DNA of 64,000 bases from positions 5,344,677 to 5,408,676 of the forward strand of contig JAHRHZ010000086.1 in NCBI GenBank assembly GCA_024137785.1, read 5' to 3'. The translations under genes were made by a program, and so were the position numbers. This stretch comes from Ginglymostoma cirratum. Taxonomy: Eukaryota. Below the pieces are notes generated by a model. It was not told where the DNA came from. It saw only the letters and a list, made by a program, of their open reading frames with translations, and searched no databases. Positions 50,101 through 62,100 of this stretch are shown here, piece by piece. Positions within the stretch are counted from its first letter, which is position 1. Every line of letters begins with the position of its first letter.

Positions 50101-53100
50101 CCTTTTTATTCCTTATTTTGCTTTTTCTGCTCATGTCATGTTCGTTAAGATCCAGATGTAATAAAGCATAACCTAAACTGCACTCATGGTCTAGGAACCA
50201 CTTGATGTATCCTACTCCACACTTGCGAGGAGTAAAATATTTCCTAATTGGATAATCAGGCAGCCTGGGTTAGCCATTCAGGTGGTAGCATTTCATATAA
50301 TACATAATTACCTTTTCTTGAATGCATGACTGTTCTAGCCAATGGACATGAGAATACTGAACTTTGGCCCTAGTGGCCTTACACAAAAGGCATTACCTGG
50401 TGCTTCAATCTGATATTTGATCAGATTGATACTTAATCTTTGTAGTTAACTTGAAGCAGAGTAACAGTTGGGTTGCTACCACTGAACTCAGGTGATGAGA
50501 GAAGACTGTAGCATTTCAGCTGGAACATCAATAGTGATGGGTGTCGGAATTTAATAAGCAAGTGGGAAAATAAGGCATTTTCAGCAATAACATCAGGCTA
50601 ATTTTCATTTCGATGAATCACATGAAAACTTGCTGCTTAAGTGACATGCTGGGACCAAGGAATAGTATGCCCATGAGAACTGGTGGGCCTAGTTGAGACT
50701 TCTACATTTTATAAAAGGTATACAAAAATGACTGCAAACTCAGCTAGGACAACATATATCCAACCTATTCCAGACAACACAGTTAATGTAAGAAATTAAA
50801 AATATTATGGTTAAAATTTTAATTAGTGAACTTTTGATCAGACTATCTAATTCATTACTACCAGCCAGTTCAATTCAATAAAACTGGAACTTAAAGAATG
50901 CCCTACAAAAACCTATTCTGCAATATGGTACGTACATTGCTTAGTCTTACATATAGCTACACACAATTTGAGATTAATTCACCAAGTTTCAGATGGCTTT
51001 CAGAAATTTCCCACCAACTTCACTTTTTTATATTGAGACCAAAGATAGCAGATCTGATCCGAATGTTGGTCTACACAAATGGGCTACTGGAGATCTCAAA
51101 GCTGCGGGAGGCACATTACTTTCTGTAATGGTTTTTCGATTTGCAGAAGAAAACTTCACAATACTTGAAATATTTTCACTCAGTACTTTTACTAAAGCCA
51201 AGGAGTTATCCAGGTGATCCTAATGAACTAAATGAAGTTTAGTATTTCCAAAAGGAAGTTCTGACATCAGAAGTTACGTATATTTTACATTACCACAATC
51301 TCCAAACATGACTGTGGCCCAGCCCTTGTGTACAAGGTTGCACCAATTATTTTTATTCCACCACAATGAGAATCATAAAATATAGTTAGCTGGCTGACCT
51401 CTCAGTTGCAAACTCTGCACTCTGTGGCTATTACACAAGTAAATCTATAGAAAAGTACAGCGTACAACTAAAAAAAAAATTCACTCATTTGAAAGACAGC
51501 ATTTGTGTAAGAAATCACAGCATCCAAAGGCCATACATATCATAACACATTTGTGATAATGGAGTGCATAATACAAAAATAAAATTACAGTTACCATCTT
51601 GGATGTATTAAATACATACACAGCAAAAGCCCCTTTATAACAGTTCTGTTAACAAATGTTTGATGACCAACTAGTGTATATAATGAATTTTACCTATTCC
51701 AAACTGAAGCTCCAGTTTATTTGTTGCTTAGAAATCCATTGTTCATTTTTTTTCTAATCAATATTATATAAATAACTCATTGATCACAGATTATTTCAGG
51801 GAATGAAATTCTCTTTATAAAGGGTGCTTGAAGAAAAAGATTCTTTGAATCCAAGTTGCAACATACTAAAATTTGAACTGTCCCAAACAAAGCTGCAAAG
51901 TATGAAGGAAATTTGACCTCAAGAACCTCCTTTATGGTATGCCAGTTAAAAATCCTGGGTTTCAAGCAGTTTTGTGTGAACTACTGTCCTATGGTTCAGT
52001 GTGTGCACAGAACACAGGATAGGGAAGACTTATGAAGGTTAAAATTCAGTCAAGGGTACAAGAGTAAGAGTACAGCTCTTCAGTCAATAACCCACACTGA
52101 AATATAGCTTTTGCAATAAAACACCATATTTACAGGACGCAAAGTGGGAGAGACAATCATTGAATCTAACATAATGGCTCTTTATCCAAAAGCTGAAGAA
52201 TGGCTCTTTTTTTGGATGATAAGAAACACCAGACATTGTCACAGGTGCACAACTGATATTTTCTAATATGATTAAGTGTACAGCTCAACAGGGAAAAAAC
52301 ACAATCATAATTTTGTAGAATATCACTATGTCAAATCACACAACCTAAGTTGGAAATATTTGATCCCCAAATGAAAACTGAGTTCCAGCATTGCAACTAG
52401 CTAACTTGCAGACATTTTGATTTTTTTTTTTTAAACAAATCAAGAACAGTTTTACAAAATATAGCTTACTTGCTATTCTTACGGTAGCTTCGCTGAGTCA
52501 ATGACCATGATGATGAAGTGGTAGAACATAGGACCTAGATCATCTCTTAACTGTGGCAGTTGAAAGGATACCACAAGATCTGTAGCCCAACAGCTTTTGC
52601 TTCCTCCTTCTGATGTGTTTCTAATGTTTTAGAAGCTATATTTAAGAAAGCACATTTGTCCTACTGCGCAAGAGTCCACAGTGCACACAGAGTTGGGGAA
52701 TATCTTGAACCTGCCCCAGTGACCATAGAATGCATTGTGTTAGCACCAACCATGTGAAACACTACATGAACTGCGCACAGGTGTACACCATGTTTTGTAA
52801 ACTGCATTCCACATGTTATATGTTCTGACCAGAAATCCTTCATAAAATTTTTAGATACGTGTAGTAGCAAATTTCATTTGCCGGTGGTCAAACGTTGATC
52901 TTTCGTGAGATGAGAGGTAGAAAAAAAAACATAATCCTGTTTCTTTCCAAGAAGAATTTTTTTAAAATCTCTGTTGAAGCTGCTTTATAAAGTTAAGTGC
53001 AACTCAAGCTCTTTATGGCTTCCCATTGTCAATGTCAGCATTATTGCACATTTTTTTCTATGCAGCTTTAACAGACTATTAGAATTTCTTCCAGACATGT

Positions 53101-56100
53101 CGATCTTTTAGCAAACTACTGGCAAAGGGTTCCAACTCCATTAATCTGGCAAACTGTATGTATTGCAGTTGTATTTAGAAGTCACTTGTTGCTTGGAAAC
53201 TATCGTGGGTGGTGAATGGAGTATAGGTGGGGGCAGAGGGAAAATGGACACCGCCAGCGCCAGGCTAGCAACAGGTTCAATTACTGAAAGAATTGACGCT
53301 AACCTGTTTCAGAGTCGTTGCTCTCAGAGGAGCTGGAGTCACTGCTACTGTCTGACTCAGAAGAGCTGCTGCTGCTTCTCATCCTTGAAGGACCTCCCAC
53401 ATCCATGCTTACGTCATGCTTCTCAGCTGCATAAAAAAAAGCATCATATAAATAAATATACAGCACAAGCTATTCAATATATATTGTAACTAAACTTGCT
53501 TCACATGACTCTTAATTGCAAATATCAACTTAGATCTTTGTTGATATTTATTAACATTTTGTTACTTGCTCTTGCAACAGTTCTTTCATATTGTAGCTCA
53601 AACACTAAAGTGAGGGACAGTACGTGTAAAGTCTATATTTGTTTTTCAATAGACAGATTGCTAAATTGCTCACTGGATCCTGCAAAAACTTTCACATCAT
53701 ATTAAATAATTCAGAAAACGCTCAGCCACATTTGTAAGTTCACTTGCTTGTTTTATTTTTTAAAGGACTAGATCACATTACACTCCTAGAGCACCAACTC
53801 TCAGAAATGTCATCATAATCATGTGCATGACATATGAAGCCTACATTGCATCATGTTATGGTGCAGCACAAGTAACCTGTAACATACATTCCTCGGCCAT
53901 AAAACAATGAAACTAAAAAATTCTTAGAAGGTTTGTCCCAATTAATATTCAATTCCTCAAACTTAAAACTGATTGGAAATAAAACAATAAAGACCCGATG
54001 AGAGAGAGAACTATAAATAACATTCACATGTATTAAACACCGTGCATGTTAATTGCAAGATATGTAATTAACCTAAAAGGTCAAATTGTAACACGCCTTG
54101 TTGATTGTCCTCAGTTTTCCTATCCCAGGTTAACAGTTTGATTACACATTTGGACATGAATAGCTAAGGATCTCATCCTCAAAAATCTTATATATACAAA
54201 GGTTTTCATGATAACAGGATATTCTAAAGCATTTTACAGCCGATTATGTACCGCGTTTTAACAGTCACTGTTATAATGTAGATTGCAGCAAGCAGCTTTG
54301 GGCGCATAAGGCTCCCATTTATTCAATCTATTTTGATAATACAAATACAAGGACAAATACTGGCCAGCACACTGGGAAGAACCGCCCTGCTCCTCTTTGA
54401 TATCATATCATGGAATCTTTCATGTCCACCTGACGGGTCAAAACAGGCCCCCAGTTTAACTCCTCACCTGATTCCTCCAATAATTGAGCACTTAGTATCG
54501 CAGTTGAGCAACAGCCTCAAATTATGAGCTCAGGTTCTGAGTGAAACTTGAACCTGGAACCATTCAACTTGGAGGTGATTGAGCTACCAACTTATTGAGG
54601 CATGGCTGACAGTTCAAAGGCCACCTAAAACGGTTATTCTTAAATAGACTCAGTTTAAAATCATGAAGTGATAATTCAGCAAACAGTTCAGTTATCTGGT
54701 GGGATTCACTAAAACATCAAGAAATGGCAGTACAATGCTCTTTTCAACAATTACTTAGAAAGGGGAATAAAACACTGGCCCTTACTAAAGAGCAATGAAA
54801 AATTGTTGGAAAGCATCTTCTTGGGTTCGGGTTGGATGACAATGAATGGAAGGAGGCTGTAGCGGTTGGGTTAAATAGCTCATTTCTTTGATGAGAGCAA
54901 GAAAAAGTCAAATTTCAAATATATATCAAGCACTGGCAACAATGGGATCATCAAGTCAGTAACATGTTCAGTTGGGTGGTGGCTCCTCAACATGGTCAGT
55001 TATGTCTGCTATGAATTAGAACAAAGGTTTTGGAGCCCAGTGAGCACTAAATGAGCATTCTTCATTTTGGATGCTGATCCATAGCAATGAATGTTAAATT
55101 TAGTATTGGAGACTAAAGCAGTTAGCAATCCAATGCAACCTGGTGTGACATAAATATACAAAATGTCACTAAGGTTGATGCAGTAATTTTAGAAATTTCC
55201 CCAATCATTTAGGTGTTTAACTGATTTGTCATTGGCAATTCTAGTGACCATCTAGATGGCATTAAATATAAACCACAATAAAATCAGAAGTAAATACAGG
55301 CCTCAGTCTCTCTAAGTTTCATATTCCCTATACCAAATAGAGCTTCAATATTCTTGATATTTTGTTCATATTAATGGAAGGCAGCTTGCATCACACATGC
55401 AGAAGAGTCAACAATTTCGAAGCTTAATGTCCAAAGCAGATTCACAGGTCAATCCAACAATGTCACGTGCATTCTCAGGGGTAGCGGATGAACATATTTC
55501 TCACATGCAATCACTATTCAGCACAACAGGTAGTTCACCTTTTGTTTCTCAGAATTCGAGTGCTCTTGCAGACAGGTTGCAGGAAGTTAATATGAAGGTA
55601 CCAGTAATGAGGAAGACAAATGGTACGTTGATCCCTACTGAGAGGAGGTTCAGTCAAGAGTCAGGAAATGCTGCTGCAATTATTTAGGACTTTGATGAAA
55701 CTATGTGTGGAGTACTATATAGTCTTCTCTTTTTCCAAGACTTTATTTGCCCTAAATGTAATGTAATGAAGGTTCATCAGCTTAATTCCTGGAACAAGGA
55801 GACCATTCTATGAGGAAAGATAGTGTCAGGTGGGCCTATATTGACTGCAGTTAAGCATAAGAGATATTCTCATTGAAAGTACAAAATTTTGAGGGGATCA
55901 ACATTAGATATTGATAGAGTATGCTCCTTGGTTGGAGTCCTAAACTGGGAATCATCCATTTAGGAAAAGATAAAAGAGAAATTCCCTCAAGAGGGTACTG
56001 AGTCTTTGGGATTTGCCAAAGGACTGAGGATATTCAGTCACTGATTATACACAAGACCAAAACTGATAACGGAATCAAGGAGTTTTGAACTGAGCTGCAA

Positions 56101-59100
56101 GACAGTCTTGAGAAGATCCCTGACATTATTCAATGACACGTGAGGGTCATATGGCTACTCCTGTTCCTGTTTGTTTGGCACTTCTAAAGGTTTCTTGCTA
56201 CCAAGATAAATAGATACTACCTTGCAATTTTGAGTTTGTAACTGTCAATTTCGAACCACAATGTCACCTGATAATCAGGTTAGAAAGAGTCACATTTTTG
56301 AACCAATGCACATTAGGAGGAGAACACTAGTGGGGTCAGAGTGCACCTCAAAGTACTATTTGCCATTAATACTAAAAATAGCCTTACTATTTACAAATCA
56401 GAAAAACAATTGCAACTTAAGTAAATAAGTGATCACTCTCACCACTGTCATCTAGGCTGTGCTAAGAACAGAGAAAGTAAAAAAGAGAAAAGTGTTAATA
56501 TGCAGGTTTACTCTGTTAATCAGATCAGGTGATAGAACTGAGGCACATATTTCAAGTGAGCATTCATGATCTAGTAACCCTGAATGGAAGAGTTCAGACA
56601 AGGACAGGAACAGGCTCAGTGCTGATCCTGCTGGGAGGGAAATAAAAGGGTCAGTATATACCACCAGAGCTCTGAAAAGAATACAAGTCACTTGGGCAGT
56701 TACTAAGGGCTGCCCACAAGGAATAATGAATTTCAAGAGAAGCTCAAAAGAACAAAAAAGGTACCTGGAGGGAATAAGCAAACTGCGATAAAAGCAGATA
56801 TCTCTATCAGAGGCCTCAAAACAAAATAAGAATGGCTAACCTGATATAGAACAATCCAATCTGTAGAATATCAATAGCTTCCTCTCCTTTGTAGTATCCA
56901 ATTATTCTAATCTTACTATAAATGAAAAAACCCAATAAATACAGAATAATGTTCACTAGTGCACTGAGAATTTCCCATTATTAAATGTGACCAATTTTGA
57001 ACTTAACAATGGAGACAATTTTCATGCTTATATTGGAAAGTCGTGTCCTAGTTCTCGGGCTGCCCAATGGCTTCCGTACTAATTTCCGAAAAACGAAGTC
57101 AAGACTGTAAAACAGAACTTAATCATGAAGCATATACAAGATGGATCAGTGTCTCATGGACAATGTTAAATCAACTGTATTTTTCCCAAACTATCCAACA
57201 AGTTTAAAATTTACAGTCTCCCAATGAAAGTCAACAAATTAGCAGATTTACTAATCTCAACTTCAGTACTGCTTTGGTAGGGGTCAAACTGAACTACTGG
57301 GTGAGTGAATGAGGACTGGAGTCTTACATTATTGGAGCCAATCCAATATCATTATACCATTAACAATATTGCATACAAGGAACATTTTCTCCAGCTTTGA
57401 TCAAAATTCAGTTACCAACGGGTATTCGTCATATATGATTTCTTCTCTTCAAAGTGTTAACACAGCACAGGAAGGATAAATCACCAATAAAGCAAAGTGT
57501 GTTCACTCATATATTAAGTTACAGACATTACCATGGCACTGATACAGCAATAAATTAGATAAATGCATGTAGGCTGCATTTGGGAGTTACAAGCTTGTCC
57601 TTCAACTCAGATTAGTAATGTTTCACTGTATATGAAATGTAACTTCAGCCAGGGTTTTTCAACAGGCCCAATCCCACTCAGACTGACTTAATTCATCCCT
57701 GGCTTCCTAAAAACATTTAATGAAGCCCAACGTTAGCTCTAAGAACAACATCTCTCAATAAACTACCTTACAGTTCATGTTCTTTTCTTGGTTTATTTTC
57801 AAATGATAACTGTCAATGATCAGCTCTCTCATTTAAATCCGTTTTAACAAACATCCGCAAAAATCACCTCTTAGACAATTCTTTCTGATCAAGGGTGACT
57901 TGATCCCACTCAGATGGGTTCAGAGATAGACGCAAGTCCAAAGCACAGCCTGCAGACTCTGCGACATGCGAGTGAGATGGTACTTGGAAGTGTCCAGATG
58001 ATTGGTTTGGATATTTGTCTAGACACACTATGCCTTAACTTCACTACTGTGCATTCTTTCAATGCTTTTGCTGCCAACTTGAGTAAACCTTCATTTATTT
58101 GTCATTTGCTTGTGAGTTTCAGTTGTAGATATTCTCTCTCCGGGGATCTTGAAGGACATCCCGAAAGAATTTCTGTTCTCGTGACCAAGTTGAGTGTAGC
58201 AGTTGTTTCAGTGACAAAAATAAGCACAATACACGTGGTCCAGCAAAGCTGGTCAAGTGAGTAAAACATTTGAACATTTGTGCTTGGGAAGACAGCACTT
58301 CTGGACCACCTTTCTTATTTCTGGATTTGAAAGGCCTTTTGATGGTACTCAGTGCTTTGATGAGTTGGACAACCTGCCGGCACTTCCAAAGTATACAGAA
58401 GCAATTAGATCACTGCTGCTCAGTAAAGTGCAATCATGGTTTTGAGATGCTAAACCTTAACCAGCCAAAGGCTGAGCAGGCACAATGGAGGCAAAGAATT
58501 TTATCGTCTGCCTTTGTCTAGAAGAGGCTCCCTAAATGTGGAAAATGGTCCACGATTTTTCAAGATCTCAAACTGATGGCAGGGAGGGCTGTGCCATGAA
58601 AGCCCATTGGAAGGGGTTCTTCCTTTTCAAGGTGTCTCGAGAAAGGCATTTTCTATGTTTGAGGAGTCAGCGATGACCTGGAGCTGGGTTTGTGCATACA
58701 AATGTCAAATGGAGCACACTGGAGCTCAAACACCAAGGTTGGAGTGACTTTGGTTTTGAATGAATAATATTGTTTGCCATCTGCTCTGTAGTTTACTTCT
58801 ACCTTCTGCAAACTACTCAAGGGTGAAGTGCAGTATTGCAGCAAGGGAGATAGCAAGAGATTGGTGTGGCGTCACAGTTGGACTCAGGTCTTCCCTGGGG
58901 TAGGATCTGCGTTGGTTGTGGTCGTGATTATGATCATGGTTTGCAAGTCATGGTGATGTAGGCAGACAATGGGTAGTAAATTTCAAGGAGGTTACAAACA
59001 AGCCTTCATGAGAAATAAGCCATAGGCTTTGTGAAGTCAAAAAGGCTGTGCATGCTGTTCTTAGAAATTTTCTTCGGCTTGACAAACAGTTGGGATCACA

Positions 59101-62100
59101 CATAGCTTGAAGGGCGAAAAGCACACTGCAACTTCAAGGAGGTCTTCAGGCACTGGGAGAAGGCAATAGAAGGATCTTTCTAATAATCTGCAGCATGACA
59201 AAACAGCAGGCCAACTCCTCTAGTTACTGCAATGGATCTTATTTTCCTTCTGCAATTATACTCAATCACAGCATCCCTGAAATTCTCCTGGAACGCATTC
59301 CTGTTTCTAGATAAGGAAAGAGATTATGTAATCATGAGAAAGCAAATGCCACTGTATTTCAGAAGGTTACTACCGTTTCTATCTGCTTCAGAGGCCATGT
59401 TGTTTTTTCAACTGGCAAACTGCTTTTTGGACTTCCCTGCAGATCAGGGTGGAGACAAGGCTCAGCTAGATGGGGTGCTGAGGAGTAGAACTGAGGATGC
59501 TCAAGTCAAAGATTGATGCAGCTGAGGACTTCAAAATGTTCTCTACAGCAAACATGGATTGCTTCCCTATTCTTGACTATCTCCCTTCCATGTCTGATTC
59601 TCAGCAGGGTGGTCGCTAATTGCTCGTGTTACAGATCATCTTGAGACTGAAAACAAAACACATTAGACGTTGCCTATCTCCCATGCTTTTTCTAACCACT
59701 ATTTATTCTTTCATGAGTTTTATACTATGTTGTTGCCTTACAATGACACTGCTATTTTCTGAAGTGTGAAGCTTCCAGTCCGTGGGCTTAATACTTAATG
59801 GGCACTGTTTGCTTTTATCAAATCGGTCATGATATTTCCTGAAATAAAAAATGCCATAAAACTCTTCACAGGTTCTGGATATGGAATTGCTTTCCCCAGA
59901 ACAATGATGAAATCAACATTTGTTTTAATGCATTTTCTGACAATGAACAGACTTTCCCAGTGGTTCTTCCACAAACAACTAGCAAATGTTTTCCCATCAC
60001 AAAGTCATCATTCTCACAGCTCAAGACTTCACAGCAAGTTTGCTGCTCAGTGCAAAGGCATATGAGCTGGGAGGCTGAGTTATTGCTCTGCTGTAATGGA
60101 GTGGCCGAAGAGATTGGCAGGGTTGCCCCGATGTATCTTAAGCTGTTGTCAAAGACACTATTACAATGTCACTGACGTGTAGCCCTGAAACTTAGAGGCA
60201 CTTGCAAATAACTGACCCACTAGTTTCCAAGCAGATCGTATACACTGGATAACTATTTCACACTAGCATCTTACAGATACTGCCAGGTTAACAGCTAAAA
60301 ACATTACATTCCAGACCCAAGACAGCTGTCAGTAACACTATCAGGAACTCACTCAACCTTCACAAAAAGATATTACTCCCAAGATAATCTATATTTATAT
60401 AGACTGCCTTTACTGCAGTCGTTTTAAAGAAACACTATAAATATAATTTTAAACCAAGCTACATAAGGAGATAGTAAGTCAAAAATATAATGTTTAGTCA
60501 AAAAGTAGTTTTTAAAAGGAATGCCTTTTCAGGAGTGCCCTAACAGTAGTAAAGCAAGATAGAGAGGACAATCCAAAGCATGGAGCCTCGTTACCTTGGT
60601 CAATGACGGAGGTTAAAAATGTGTTGTTCAAGAGACGCCAATGCAGGTCAGTAAGCAAAAAAAACTGATTGGTACGCAGAACTTGGTGCAAGTAATAGTC
60701 AACTTAGGTGGCTTCATATTTACAGAAAAGAAAGCCAGGAGTGCATAGGAAGCCAAGTCCACAGGTAGGCAGATGAGTTGAAACATACAAGATTGGGCAG
60801 GGTTATAGAAACGGCAAAAACAAAACACTTCAGTAATCAGGTAGCGGTGTCTAAAGTAATAAAAGTGCCAGAAGCAGGTCGGGCAACTGTCAGTGCAAGA
60901 CAATTATCTCAATGCCTATGAACTTGGATGGAATGCAAAGGAGGAGAAGAATAAAGTGGAATAAGTCAGCTCAGCACTGTTCACATTTTACCCGCGTGGA
61001 ATGCAAAGAAAGGGGCGAATTAAGCTTCAGATCGCATAGGTTCAATCATTTACAAGTGGTAATAATGTCAGAACCTGCCAGTGGCCTCAGGATAAATGAG
61101 GAGAGATTATTAAAACACAGAAGCAACCCTGATGTTCAAGGAACTCAAATTGCACAACACCCCATGCTCCCAATTTTGTTTCCAAAATGCCACAAAATTA
61201 CTTGTAATTTTGCAACATGCAAGGCTACTAGATAAGCTGCAGTTACCTAGGAAACCAGTCATGCGATCTCACCAGTTCTACACGAGACCCTGCAACACAT
61301 GGCATATGTGGAATGCCTCAAACAGGCTTTAACTGGACTGCCCTATCTACAGTCAAGATAAACCTCAACCTTCGAAACGACTCCCAAGTTAGTGAGTGAC
61401 TCCGTACTGTAACGATAACTGAGAACAATGAAAACAGTCAAGAAGTTTCATCAGTTTATGACGGGCCACCTGCAGGGAGTAAGAGTCAAGAGTGGAGGAT
61501 GAAAACAGGACAAGATAAAATGCACAACTCACTGTTAAATTTCACTGCAGAATTCAGAGCAATGTCGAGCTCGTAGAAGGCTGCAAATATATTGGCATGG
61601 AGAACTGGAGCAGCGGTTGTATCACAAAACTTGAATCGTTCACACGTTTAAAGGTTTACAATGAGAAATGCAGTCTTTCAACAATCATTTATTTTTACCA
61701 ATGGTTATGACCTGAGGAGGCTGTGCATAAAACAATGTTTTAACAACTCTCCAAAACATCTGAGTCGTCATATACAAAGAGCACTTGAATAGAGTAAATG
61801 CTTCTCAAGTTCAAAAGCTGCAAGCATAATTTAGATACTGGGTTCAATTATTTTTCCCCCTGGGATGGGAGAAAGTGAGAGGGATAGATTTTTATTTCAA
61901 ACGTTATCTTGTCAGATTGTCCAGACTGGGATATAACATCTTTTACTATCAAATTCTCCAATCGTTTGCAGTCTTCTCACAAAAATCTTGCAATCAGAAA
62001 AAAGGCAACTTTAATCCCAAACCTGTTTGGACTCAACCCAGTTTGTTAAAATGACAAATTCTAGTGAATGATTAGTGAATCATTAATATTACATTTTAAT

